Virus record (IMG/VR): IMGVR_UViG_2529293038_000017
Span: 1-64,000 of that record
Length of the DNA: 64,000 nucleotides
Origin: a virus
Taxonomy: Duplodnaviria; Heunggongvirae; Uroviricota; Caudoviricetes
Reading direction: 5' to 3' (one strand)
Position 1 is the stretch's first letter; each line of letters begins with the position of its first letter. Positions 39,640-48,697 of the stretch are shown one piece after another. The notes under the pieces were generated by a model. It saw only the letters and a list, made by a program, of their open reading frames with translations. It had not been told where the DNA came from and ran no database searches. The translations under genes were made by a program, and so were the position numbers.

Positions 39640-40116
39640 TTATTTTGCGCGCTTCAGGCAGCCATCTTCAGGTGCCGCGTTGAAAAGCTCTGCGGCCTTA
39701 CGTAGCGTAAATGTTGCGATTTTTTTTCCGTCTACGTATGCATCGAATGTTTTAACTTCCATATCAGGGGTATCTGACCAAAAACCATACCAGTAACTAT
39801 CACCCACAGAGGAACCGATAGAACTGATAGGATATTCATCATCACCAACTTTCAGCGTTATTTGTTCTTTTTTAGCATCAAATGACTCACCGCCAGGTTC
39901 TGTTTTCATGAGAGTGAGTAGTCGTGTTCCTACTTGATTGGGATCCGTATTATTAAATCCAACATCGCACTCAAATGTAAGCGTATAATTATCTTTGCTG
40001 GAAACAGCATAAGAGCGAACGCCATGAGTCTCGCTGGTGGACCATTTGCTTACATTTGCCATTGATGAAAACGGAGTAAGCAAAGCAAGAATTAGAAAAT
40101 ATCGTTTGATGCGCAT
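39640..40116 (-). CDS. Secreted protein (158 aa) with signal peptide, sim-region-like
   Basis: N-terminus MRIKRYFLILALLTPFSSMA is a typical Sec signal peptide. Confidence 0.55.
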   Translation of the reverse strand: MRIKRYFLILALLTPFSSMANVSKWSTSETHGVRSYAVSSKDNYTLTFECDVGFNNTDPNQVGTRLLTLMKTEPGGESFDAKKEQITLKVGDDEYPISSIGSSVGDSYWYGFWSDTPDMEVKTFDAYVDGKKIATFTLRKAAELFNAAPEDGCLKRAK

Positions 40117-40167
40117 TAATTTATCTCCTTTGGATATTAATATTTTAATTAGTTAACCACCATATAT

Positions 40168-40815
40168 TCACCATTCATAGGGTAAATTAAGCGCTTTTAA
40201 ACCTTGCTGGAAAGTATTAAGAGAGCCGTTTTTTTGTTGTTCCATTTTTTCGCGTGCAGCTTTCTCATACTGCTCCATCCGTTGGTTATACTCTTGCAAT
40301 TCCTCCGGGGAGAGGTTTCCCATTGGGGAGTTTGTACCCGGCCCCCTGGCCCGTTCTTCAAGCGTACCCTGAACGTTTTGATGGCGCATTCCCGGGGCGT
40401 TTCTGATTGAATCAATGCCATTTCTTCCAACGTCTTCTTTATTAACGGCATTGCTCGCCACCAGTACGCCCCAGCTAGGGATAGCAAAATCAGGAGCGGT
40501 TTCGCATGCCTTTACCATATAATCGAAAGAGCTTCGATTGATCTCGTTTGCGTCGGGATTTAATAGGCGAGAATATTGATATTTAGCATTTTCGTTGGTT
40601 GCGACTTTATACAGTTCTTGCTGCACCATCGCTTCAGAAAGTTTAAGGCGTTTCATATCTGATAGTAACTTCTTGCGCATGGATTCGTCTTGACTGACAG
40701 CAAAACCGTAAACGTGCCCAAGGTATTTCGTATAATCGGTACAAATCTCCTTTACGCTTGATGCTGCATTAACAGTCCCAGCCATAAATAATAACGGTAG
40801 TAATAGTTTTCTCAT
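40168..40815 (-). CDS. Secreted protein (215 aa) with signal peptide, SimC-like superinfection-exclusion candidate
   Basis: ATG at 40815 with GGTGAGG Shine-Dalgarno; signal peptide MRKLLLPLLFMAGTVNAASS. Confidence 0.55.
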   Translation of the reverse strand: MRKLLLPLLFMAGTVNAASSVKEICTDYTKYLGHVYGFAVSQDESMRKKLLSDMKRLKLSEAMVQQELYKVATNENAKYQYSRLLNPDANEINRSSFDYMVKACETAPDFAIPSWGVLVASNAVNKEDVGRNGIDSIRNAPGMRHQNVQGTLEERARGPGTNSPMGNLSPEELQEYNQRMEQYEKAAREKMEQQKNGSLNTFQQGLKALNLPYEW

Positions 40816-40910
40816 TATAACCTCACCTGCCTTATAACTCATTTAGGGTACATATTTTCGCCTTTAAAAAAAGAGGTTATTAGATCCAATTGTGTATTTA
40901 TTAAGCATAT

Positions 40911-40927
40911 AATGCTCTAATAAATTT
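40911..40927. promoter_or_regulatory. C1 operator (AATGCTCTAATAAATTT), Op51-like, controlling the immI operon
   Basis: 16/17 match to the operator consensus upstream of the c4-icd-ant region. Confidence 0.65.
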
Positions 40928-41094
40928 GTATTTTTAAGTCGCGAATGCTATCTTTTCGCATCATATTGACCTTTTAATCGTTCAGGCTTATAGTTCCGCC
41001 GTCGTAGCAAATTCTGCGACCGGGTTTAGCAGCCTGAATGATTGTGCGGACAGCCGCAGATATCCGATATTGCGGTATTTTTGTGTCCGTAAAA

Positions 41095-41180
41095 CCGCGT
41101 TACGCCCAAATTATGGTGGGGCGTGATGGGGAGGCTTCGGCCTGCTGGTTTCACAATCGCCAGTCTGCTAACCCCGTCAC
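41095..41180 (+). ncRNA. c4: Putative c4 antisense RNA region
   Basis: Upstream of icd/ant. Contains CACAATC and TCTGCTAA, complementary to motifs (GATTGTG, TTTAGCAGC) that occur twice nearby at about 41016-41040 and 41186-41222. Boundaries are approximate. Confidence 0.35.
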
Positions 41181-41241
41181 GTCCTGCCACCTGTTTAGCA
41201 GCGGGTAGCAGGTTGTTAAACCTGATTGTGAGGCCGTAACT

Positions 41242-41463
41242 ATGGTTAATGCCAATCCTTGCGCACGCCAAGAATTCATCTGGCGTTTCTATTCCTGTAA
41301 AAAACACCACTATCACTTCGTTATCGCAGCAACTGAAGACGAAGCACGCTCTCAATTGCCTGATGGCCCCTGCATTTTTACTGCCCGTTTTTCAACTAAC
41401 TCGCGCAATTCACTTAGTTACTGGAACCTCCCCTTCTCTGCCGACGTTCAGGGGGTTTTATGA
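41242..41463 (+). CDS. icd: Icd-like protein (73 aa)
   Basis: 73-aa ORF whose TGA overlaps the ant ATG (ATGA), as in P1 icd-ant. Confidence 0.6.
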   Translation: MVNANPCARQEFIWRFYSCKKHHYHFVIAATEDEARSQLPDGPCIFTARFSTNSRNSLSYWNLPFSADVQGVL

Positions 41464-42497
41464 AAAAACCTCTCGTCACCCGTAATGACATAGCCGAAGC
41501 GATCGCCCTGCATACTGCCTGTATGCCGACACGGGAGATCCCCGGCGCAATTGCCAACTATTTCATGATAACCAGACGTTTTTATACCCGAACAGATAAG
41601 GCTGTGATCAACAGGCTACTGATAGCCGAGATCAGGGATTATTTGATTGAACAAGGACGTCTACGTTACGCAACAGTGGCAGCAGAAATGAGAAAGGAGG
41701 CACATATAATGACCGGTAATAATTTGAATGTTGAAAAACCAGCACCTGTTACGTCAGCTACGCCAGCACCAGCCGTGAATATTATCCCCAACACCGGAGA
41801 CACAATCGACAGCCTGACACTGTTAAAGATGGTCAATGAAGCGCGTAAGTTATGTGGGGAACCAGAGGTTCGGAACAACAAATTCATCGAAAAAATACTC
41901 GATGAGCTTGATGGTGAGCACTACACAAAAAGTGTAGTGGAAAAAATGAACAAAACATCAATGCTTGTCATAACCATGACTTTCAAACAAGCCCTGCGAG
42001 TCGCCGCGCGCGAGTCAAAAGCGGTCCGCCGTTCGCTGATCGACAAACTGGAAGAATTACAGCAGGCAAACTCCCCTACCCCATCGATCCCCCAGACATT
42101 ACCAGAAGCCCTACGCCTGGCTGCCGAGTTAGCAGAACAGAAAATGCAGTTGGAACAACAGCTGGTGGCCGCAGCCCCTAAAGTCGATTTTGCCGACCGG
42201 GTATCAGTGGCCAATGGAATCCTGATCGGGAACTTTGCAAAGGTCGTTGGACTTAAGCAAAACGCTCTTTTCTCATGGTTGCGCCAGAATGGCATTCTCA
42301 TGGCTTTTGGAGCGCGCAAAAACGTACCGCGCCAACAGTACATCAACGCCGGGTATTTCACTGTGAAAGAAGTGGTGCTGGATGATGAAAATGGCTACCA
42401 GATACGGCTGACGCCCCAATTAACGGGTAAAGGCCAGCAGTGGTTAACTCGCAAGCTACTTGATGCTGGTTTGTTAAAACCAGTAGCAATAGGTTAA
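41460..42497 (+). CDS. ant: Antirepressor Ant (345 aa) with KilAC-type C-terminal domain
   Basis: Position in immI; C-terminal about 150 aa paralogous to the KilA C-terminus (PEALRLAAELAEQK...GKGQQWL). Confidence 0.7.
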   Translation: MKKPLVTRNDIAEAIALHTACMPTREIPGAIANYFMITRRFYTRTDKAVINRLLIAEIRDYLIEQGRLRYATVAAEMRKEAHIMTGNNLNVEKPAPVTSATPAPAVNIIPNTGDTIDSLTLLKMVNEARKLCGEPEVRNNKFIEKILDELDGEHYTKSVVEKMNKTSMLVITMTFKQALRVAARESKAVRRSLIDKLEELQQANSPTPSIPQTLPEALRLAAELAEQKMQLEQQLVAAAPKVDFADRVSVANGILIGNFAKVVGLKQNALFSWLRQNGILMAFGARKNVPRQQYINAGYFTVKEVVLDDENGYQIRLTPQLTGKGQQWLTRKLLDAGLLKPVAIG

Positions 42498-42504
42498 CAA
42501 AAGA

Positions 42505-42535
42505 AAAAACCTGCCAGCAAACTGGCAGGTTTCTG
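42505..42535. terminator. Rho-independent terminator after ant
   Basis: AACCTGCCAG-CAAA-CTGGCAGGTT stem at 42508-42531. Confidence 0.6.
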
Positions 42536-42574
42536 AGCAGATCGACCAACCCGATCTGGATCGAGTTAGAAAAA

Positions 42575-42591
42575 TTTGCTCTAATAAATTT
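42575..42591. promoter_or_regulatory. C1 operator (TTTGCTCTAATAAATTT), Op53-like, upstream of kilA
   Basis: 16/17 consensus match about 70 bp upstream of kilA. Confidence 0.65.
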
Positions 42592-42660
42592 CGTTTTCTA
42601 AGTGCAAAGAATCACCATTTCGAGCTGGTGATTGAAGGTTGATGCAAATTTGGAGAAAAA

Positions 42661-43461
42661 ATGCAACAAACATTCAATGCGGATATGAATATATCAAACC
42701 TTCATCAAAATGTCGATCCTTCAACCACTCTGCCTGTTATTTGTGGTGTTGAAATTACGACCGACCGAGCTGGCCGTTACAACCTTAATGCTCTACACAG
42801 AGCGAGCGGACTCGGTGCCCATAAAGCGCCAGCTCAATGGCTAAGAACGCTGTCAGCTAAACAGCTCATCGAAGAGCTTGAAAAAGAAACTATGCAGAAT
42901 TGCATAGTTTCGTTCGAAGGCCGTGGCGGCGGCACTTTTGCCCATGAATTGCTCGCAGTGGAGTACGCAGGCTGGATTTCTCCCGCGTTTCGGCTGAAGG
43001 TAAACCAGACATTTATCGACTATCGAGCCGGAAGATTACAACCTGCTATTCCGAAGAGCCTCCCAGAAGCTCTCCGTTTGGCTGCTGACCTGGCAGAGCA
43101 AAAGCAACGGCTGGAGCAAAAAATGCTGATGGATGCACCTAAAGTCGAATTCGCCGAACGCGTTGCTACCGCCAGCGGGGTTCTAATCGGCAACTATGCC
43201 AAAGTGCTCGGCCTGGGCCAAAACTATCTCTTCACCTGGTTGCGTGATAACGGAATTCTGATCGCAACCGGTGAACGCAGGAACGTCCCCAAACAAGAAT
43301 ACATATCCCGTGGGTATTTCACCCTTAAAGAAACCGTGATCGATACAAGCAATGGAAGCAGGATTTCTTTCACGACTCGTATAACCGGCAAAGGTCAGCA
43401 GTGGCTGATGAAGCGATTGCTTGATGCTGGTGTGCTGGTACCTGTCGCGGCAACGCGCTAA
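42661..43461 (+). CDS. kilA: KilA (266 aa) with KilA-N and KilAC domains
   Basis: TGGAG Shine-Dalgarno. 266 aa as in P1 KilA; C-terminus paralogous to Ant. Confidence 0.7.
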   Translation: MQQTFNADMNISNLHQNVDPSTTLPVICGVEITTDRAGRYNLNALHRASGLGAHKAPAQWLRTLSAKQLIEELEKETMQNCIVSFEGRGGGTFAHELLAVEYAGWISPAFRLKVNQTFIDYRAGRLQPAIPKSLPEALRLAADLAEQKQRLEQKMLMDAPKVEFAERVATASGVLIGNYAKVLGLGQNYLFTWLRDNGILIATGERRNVPKQEYISRGYFTLKETVIDTSNGSRISFTTRITGKGQQWLMKRLLDAGVLVPVAATR

Positions 43462-43490
43462 CAGACGTAGTAAGAACCACCAGCATTGTA

Positions 43491-44069
43491 ATGCTGGCTA
43501 AAGTCACTTTCCTGAGCTGTATAACGATGAGCGATTTTACTTTTTCTGGCTATGAATTGGCCTGCTTTGTAACACACTCCGGTCTATCCCGTAGCGCCGG
43601 GCATATCCTGTCGCAATGTGCAAATCTCGCGGCAACAACCAGTGAATACTTCATTCACAAGCCTCACCGCCTGATCGCGGCAGAAACTGGTTATAGCCAA
43701 TCAACCGTCGTTCGTGCATTCCGTGAAGCTGTAAACAAAGGAATTCTGTCTGTAGAGATTGTTATCGGCGATCACCGTGAACGTCGCGCTAACCTGTACC
43801 GGTTTACACCATCCTTTTTGGCCTTCGCACAACAAGCCAAAAATGCGCTGATTGAAAGCAAATTAAAGATCTCTTCAGCGGCAACCAAGGTTAAAGCTGT
43901 TCTCGCTAAGACATTGGCTTTATTTAATTTTTTATCCACACCCCCATGTCAAAATGATACCCCCTCCCCCTGTCAGGATGACGTGGCAATAAAGAATAAG
44001 AAGTCACAAGTTAAAAAACAAAAAGATCAGTTTCCGGCGGTGCCGGAACGACCAGACTCAAAAAATTGA
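43491..44069 (+). CDS. RepL-like lytic replication protein candidate (192 aa) with HTH
   Basis: Follows kilA as repL does in P1; HTH-like segment YSQSTVVRAFREAVNKGIL. Shorter than I recall for P1 RepL, so the call is tentative. Confidence 0.45.
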   Translation: MLAKVTFLSCITMSDFTFSGYELACFVTHSGLSRSAGHILSQCANLAATTSEYFIHKPHRLIAAETGYSQSTVVRAFREAVNKGILSVEIVIGDHRERRANLYRFTPSFLAFAQQAKNALIESKLKISSAATKVKAVLAKTLALFNFLSTPPCQNDTPSPCQDDVAIKNKKSQVKKQKDQFPAVPERPDSKN

Positions 44070-44335
44070 CTTCATGGATCGCTGAGGCAAAAGCAAAGGC
44101 TGACAATCTGCGGTTATCCAAAAAACGCGCTCAAAAACATGAGTTCAAGCAGAAAGTAGAGGCGGCAGCGCGGAAATATGCTTACCTGAAGAACAAGCGT
44201 TCTCCTGATATTGGCGGGGTATCAAACTTCGATAATCTGCCGCATTGCATGACGGTAAACGAAGCTCTTAATGCGGTTTTAGCCAAAAATAAAGATAACG
44301 AACAATGGGGTATACCGGCAGGATTCAGAGGGTGA
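44066..44335 (+). CDS. Hypothetical basic protein (89 aa)
   Basis: ORF overlapping the upstream stop. Confidence 0.4.
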   Translation: MTSWIAEAKAKADNLRLSKKRAQKHEFKQKVEAAARKYAYLKNKRSPDIGGVSNFDNLPHCMTVNEALNAVLAKNKDNEQWGIPAGFRG

Positions 44336-44631
44336 TAGATTGCTCTAATCTGGAGTCACCTGGCGTTTTCAGTTTGAGGTCGGAGATGCAATCTGATTTT
44401 TTACAGTTAGCAATCGCTTTTGCAGGATATGTTTGTATTGGCTTCTGTGTATACATGATCAGCCGAAAAATGCTTGTCGATATCGACCGCAAAGAACAAG
44501 CAGAGAAGATCTTAGTATGGATTTTCTTTGGCGCGGTCTGGCCATTAGGGATCATGTTTGCTGCAACATTTCTTCTGATGTGGATATTCACCCTTCCAGG
44601 TGATTTCTATAGAAAAAAAGCCAGACATTGA
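44305..44631 (+). CDS. Small membrane protein (108 aa)
   Basis: Two hydrophobic helices. Contains a partial operator-like ATTGCTCTAAT at 44338-44348. Confidence 0.4.
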   Translation: MGYTGRIQRVIDCSNLESPGVFSLRSEMQSDFLQLAIAFAGYVCIGFCVYMISRKMLVDIDRKEQAEKILVWIFFGAVWPLGIMFAATFLLMWIFTLPGDFYRKKARH

Positions 44632-44739
44632 TACAATCGTTGCGGGTGCTTGAGGCTATCTGCTTCAGGCATTACCCGAAAAGCAGATAGAAGAAAGCCC
44701 CAGATAACATTACGCGTCCTGCAAGACGCTTAACATTAA

Positions 44740-44810
44740 TCTGAGGCCATATCTATGCTTAGCATACGTAGATTAGCCTCTTACCGACCAAAAGGTCAAG
44801 GAGAAGCAGG
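44740..44810 (-). ncRNA. sok: Putative Sok-like antisense RNA (location approximate)
   Basis: Inferred from hok/sok architecture only; no promoter or terminator mapped. Confidence 0.25.
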
Positions 44811-44961
44811 CTATGAAGCAGCAAAAAGCGATGTTAATCGCTCTGATCGTCATCTGTTTAACCGTCATTGTGACGGCACTGGTAACGAGGAAAGACCTCT
44901 GCGAGGTACGAATCCGAACCAGCCAGACGGAGGTCACTGTCTTCACAGCCTACGAATCTGA
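44755..44961 (+). CDS. mok: Mok-like overlapping reading frame (68 codons)
   Basis: ORF overlapping hok in another frame, as in hok/mok/sok loci. Confidence 0.5.
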   Translation: MLSIRRLASYRPKGQGEAGYEAAKSDVNRSDRHLFNRHCDGTGNEERPLRGTNPNQPDGGHCLHSLRI

Positions 44962-44968
44962 AAGGTAA
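44813..44968 (+). CDS. hok: Hok/Gef-family type I toxin (51 aa)
   Basis: Manual translation MKQQKAMLIALIVICLTVIVTALVTRKDLCEVRIRTSQTEVTVFTAYESER with AAGGAG Shine-Dalgarno; closely resembles E. coli Hok/Gef peptides. Below the ORF-track length cutoff. Confidence 0.85.
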   Translation: MKQQKAMLIALIVICLTVIVTALVTRKDLCEVRIRTSQTEVTVFTAYESER

Positions 44969-45043
44969 GAGACCTGGCGGGGAGAGATCTCCGCCACTCT
45001 TCGTGTGTCAGGTATCCTCAATGCACCCTTTCCTCTCCAAATA

Positions 45044-45067
45044 AAAAAGCTCCCGAAGGAGCTTTAA
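45044..45067. terminator. Rho-independent terminator (bidirectional)
   Basis: AAAGCTCC-CGAA-GGAGCTTT stem with U-runs on both strands. Confidence 0.7.
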
Positions 45068-45084
45068 AATACAAGGGATTACTA

Positions 45085-45594
45085 TTAATCCCACTCAATC
45101 CAGTTGTAGACGATACGAAGTGACGGGCGCACAGCGGCAGTCACATCTTCGGTACTAAAGTCGATTGCATCACTGTAGATTTTGCAGTCCAACATTTCAA
45201 TTGTTGTAGCAGCTTTTGTCACAGCGTTAACCCCGGAAGATTTGGATTCAGGGGTAGCAGCCATCGTGATATCAACATAGTCCTTCGCCGCAATGCGATC
45301 CTTGATGAACTGAAGAATATCGCCTTCGATAGTCTCCACGCACTGGACCTGGATTTCCCCAGAGTTTCGAATTGGTCCGTGCTGGTTGAACTTCACACCA
45401 TTCGGACCATAGTCCTCCACATCCTCGCGGGTCATTTCAGGAATTTGCGACGTGCGAACCAGTACGCTGATATCTTCATGGCCTGCAAAAGTGAGCTGGA
45501 ATTCAGAAGATACCAGTCGTTCGCCTTTGGCCGCGTTGGCAGTATAGCGGCCCTTAATAAATTTACGGTTTCCCTTAGTGTTATTGTGCCCCAT
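45085..45594 (-). CDS. Virion structural protein candidate (169 aa)
   Basis: First gene of the leftward late cluster ending at the terminator. Confidence 0.5.
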   Translation of the reverse strand: MGHNNTKGNRKFIKGRYTANAAKGERLVSSEFQLTFAGHEDISVLVRTSQIPEMTREDVEDYGPNGVKFNQHGPIRNSGEIQVQCVETIEGDILQFIKDRIAAKDYVDITMAATPESKSSGVNAVTKAATTIEMLDCKIYSDAIDFSTEDVTAAVRPSLRIVYNWIEWD

Positions 45595-45605
45595 ATAAAA
45601 TCCTT

Positions 45606-46187
45606 TTACTGGAACGCCCGAACAATATCGGAGCTGTTATATATCGAAGAACCGGTCAACTGGAGGTTGACGGTGTTTTTCAGGAAATGCCCATTGCTGT
45701 CCCTGGGCGCATCGAGATCGAAACTTATGTCCTGGATAGCGACATCAATGATGTTGATCCGGCGACCAATGTTTAGCGTCACACGCTCCGGGATTCGACC
45801 ACCAATACTGGCATCTTTAAGTTCCGGGCTAATCATCGCTGACAATGCGGCGATAGCGCCTGAAACCTCCATGAATGGGTCAAACAAAGCGATGAAAGTT
45901 ACTGGCAGCGTGAAAGTCGGCGGTGTTCCCCCCTCCCAAACCATTAAGCTGTTCCAACGGGCCACCGACGTTGTTTCAGTACCAACCTGCGCAAAACCAC
46001 TGAAAGCACCAGCAACAGACCCCATGGACATACCGGTAAACGGCGCTTCCCAATTCTGGGCCATGTTCATTGCCGCCCCCTGGCTGATATATCCGGTAAC
46101 CTGGTACTGAGAGTTCGTTAAAGTAACTTTCAGAAATGGTGATACACCGTCAGCCTGGCTGTAAACCCCATAAGGTATAGGTGCCAT
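45606..46187 (-). CDS. Virion structural protein candidate (193 aa)
   Basis: Uninterrupted ORF within the structural cluster. Confidence 0.5.
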   Translation of the reverse strand: MAPIPYGVYSQADGVSPFLKVTLTNSQYQVTGYISQGAAMNMAQNWEAPFTGMSMGSVAGAFSGFAQVGTETTSVARWNSLMVWEGGTPPTFTLPVTFIALFDPFMEVSGAIAALSAMISPELKDASIGGRIPERVTLNIGRRINIIDVAIQDISFDLDAPRDSNGHFLKNTVNLQLTGSSIYNSSDIVRAFQ

Positions 46188-46222
46188 TCAAGTTAAAGGC
46201 CGGAGTTCTCCGGCCTCCTCCT

Positions 46223-47038
46223 TTAGCCAAGGCGCTTACGGCGCAGTTTCATTGACTTTTTGCGGGCAAGTTTTGCCGCGCCGGTCTGGGCTTTTCGACG
46301 CGCTTTTTTCAGCGCCGATTTTTGAGCCGCAGTCAGACGTTTTTTACGCAGGCGTTTACGGATGAGTTTGATCTCACCGTTACGAACAACCTTCTTAAAT
46401 GCTTCAGTCAGCATTTCATCAGAAGTGCCAGCAACAACAAACGCCGCTTCCAGTTCGTCGCGGTCGTCGCTATCTAAACCAGCGATAGAGGCACCAACAT
46501 CAGCAGCAGCGTCGTCGTCTTCATCGTCAGCCAGTGCTTCGATCAGGTCATCATCTACACCGCATGCTGCGAGGAAGTCAGCAACATTTGCCCATGCTTC
46601 GTTATAGGCATCGTCCTGTTCTTCTGTAACTTCGGAGTCGTCGTCATCAGAGATACCAGCGATAGCCTGAACGAAACCATCAAGGGAGTCGAAAGTCAGA
46701 TCACCGCTATCAGCCCAGGAGAAAACGGCGTCGGCCGCATCACTCAACGCATTCTGCATAGCACTTCGATTTGCAGCTTCCAGAATCATCTGGTGCGCCT
46801 GTTCGACGGTCCATTCTTTACCGTCTTTCCCTTCCAGGATTTGCTCTGGAGCCGGGGCAGATGGAACGTTATCGTTAGTCTGTGCCGCCGGTTCCGGATT
46901 ATTATTAATAACCGGATCTGTTGGCGGTTCGGCGCTTGCTCGGGCAGACTCCATCAGCTGCACAGGATCAGAGTTCAAAGCGAAACGGGACAGTCCATTC
47001 CCCAAAAATGCCCCGGATTGAAAAAAGTTTTTGCTCAT
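46223..47038 (-). CDS. Acidic protein with basic C-terminal tail (271 aa); scaffold or internal protein candidate
   Basis: Asp/Glu-rich centre and Lys/Arg-rich C-terminus (KKRLTAAQKSALKKARRK...). Confidence 0.5.
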   Translation of the reverse strand: MSKNFFQSGAFLGNGLSRFALNSDPVQLMESARASAEPPTDPVINNNPEPAAQTNDNVPSAPAPEQILEGKDGKEWTVEQAHQMILEAANRSAMQNALSDAADAVFSWADSGDLTFDSLDGFVQAIAGISDDDDSEVTEEQDDAYNEAWANVADFLAACGVDDDLIEALADDEDDDAAADVGASIAGLDSDDRDELEAAFVVAGTSDEMLTEAFKKVVRNGEIKLIRKRLRKKRLTAAQKSALKKARRKAQTGAAKLARKKSMKLRRKRLG

Positions 47039-47047
47039 TGTATTCCC

Positions 47048-48637
47048 TTACTTAATAAGCAGCGGTACGCCCTGGATACGACGGGCTACGCCAGTCGGGC
47101 AGCAGGCCCAGACTACTTCCCATTTATCGAATTCCGCCTGCGTAACTTTCAGCACATACGGTTCTGTACCGTCAGCATCGGGATCACGAGGAGCCACCAG
47201 AGCGCCGGAGGCGACAAAGCGATCTAAAAGTTTGGTCATCCCTTTAGTCAGGCCAGCCGCAGTAATACCGTCCGGGCTATGCTTCATCTGTCGGGCTAAC
47301 TGGACAAAGAAACGACTGATTGCATTCATCAGGGATGGGACGTGCTGGAAGTGCAGATAGTTATCCTGCGTGCAGCAAGTTAAAGCATCGTCGATGATCA
47401 TCTGGCCAGAGGTGCCAACAGATACTTTATTGAGACGGCCCTTGACCATTGCTTCTTCGTCCGGGGTATCTTCCGGATACAGCGGTTGAATTGACGCACG
47501 AGCAATGACGGCACGTTCTTCACCAGCCGGTGAGTAATGCCAACCGCCGACATCAGAGTTTTTCTTGACGCCACGAGCTTTCGCCGCATACGCCGCGCCA
47601 GACAGACCGAAGACCACACGGGATTGGGTCCATTTGTCTTTGCAGGAGAACGGGTAGTGATAGACAGAACAGCTTACATAATCGGTACCAAGTAAACCGG
47701 TACCCTCAACAGCTGTTAGTGCTTCTGCGTACCTTAATGTCGGTTTGACATCAAAGAAGCCATCAATCAGGCGATCTGCACAGATTTTACCTAATGCGGT
47801 GATAGCCGCATTGTCATAGCAGCCCAGGCCAAGAACAGCGGTGTACATGTACGGCGCATTATTCAGCACTTTAACCGCACGCAGGTAAGCAGCGGTTGAG
47901 ATTTTCGACTGATCGCCATTGGTACCGCCAGTGAATGCCACCGATTTTTTATTTGTTACTTTCGCTGTAGAAATCAGCTCTTCATTAACAACCGCACGCA
48001 GATATTTAGAACGGGCTTCCAGAGCCGTAGGCAGATAACACAAGCGGCCCATGTCATCTTTCGCTTCTTCCGCCAAAGACACAGTGTGTGTCTCCAGGGT
48101 CGTTACCACACCGAGCGAAGTCGTCTGGGTCAGTTTTAAGAGGAAGCGTTCATTACCCGCGCTGTCCGCTGTTGCCGTTTCGATGGTTAACTCACGGGTA
48201 GGTGAAATACACGGATCACCATCATCAACGTAGATAGCAAAGGCTTCGCCGCTATCAAGTTCAATTTCAGAACCGTATGGCAACGCACTGTTAGCCGGTT
48301 CGCCTGATTCATCGAACATAATAATCGGGAACTTCGCATCATCCGGAACAGCACGGACAACATAACCAGACGTTTGCTGAATAGCTTCGTACACATGGCG
48401 AATTGGTTCAAACTGTGAGCCGGAAGACGGCTTCAGCGGTTCGCCAAGAACATCTTCGTAATTGGACTCAGTAACCGCAAGAACAGTAAACGGCTTGCCA
48501 CGCGCAAATACGCCAATACCAGCCCACAAGCTGCTATTTAATGCAACACCGGTAGATAACGTCGCATCGGCATTGATCGGGCTAACCGCGACGCCGGATG
48601 CATTACCTAATGACTGTTGAATTGAATATTGAGACAT
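47048..48637 (-). CDS. Tail sheath protein candidate (529 aa)
   Basis: Size and position next to the major capsid gene; P1 gene 22 (sheath) precedes gene 23 (from memory). Confidence 0.55.
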   Translation of the reverse strand: MSQYSIQQSLGNASGVAVSPINADATLSTGVALNSSLWAGIGVFARGKPFTVLAVTESNYEDVLGEPLKPSSGSQFEPIRHVYEAIQQTSGYVVRAVPDDAKFPIIMFDESGEPANSALPYGSEIELDSGEAFAIYVDDGDPCISPTRELTIETATADSAGNERFLLKLTQTTSLGVVTTLETHTVSLAEEAKDDMGRLCYLPTALEARSKYLRAVVNEELISTAKVTNKKSVAFTGGTNGDQSKISTAAYLRAVKVLNNAPYMYTAVLGLGCYDNAAITALGKICADRLIDGFFDVKPTLRYAEALTAVEGTGLLGTDYVSCSVYHYPFSCKDKWTQSRVVFGLSGAAYAAKARGVKKNSDVGGWHYSPAGEERAVIARASIQPLYPEDTPDEEAMVKGRLNKVSVGTSGQMIIDDALTCCTQDNYLHFQHVPSLMNAISRFFVQLARQMKHSPDGITAAGLTKGMTKLLDRFVASGALVAPRDPDADGTEPYVLKVTQAEFDKWEVVWACCPTGVARRIQGVPLLIK

Positions 48638-48697
48638 AACTTTCCCTGTTATGCGCCCCGCGCGGGGGCGCTATGTTAAACGGAGAGCTTCCCCTGA

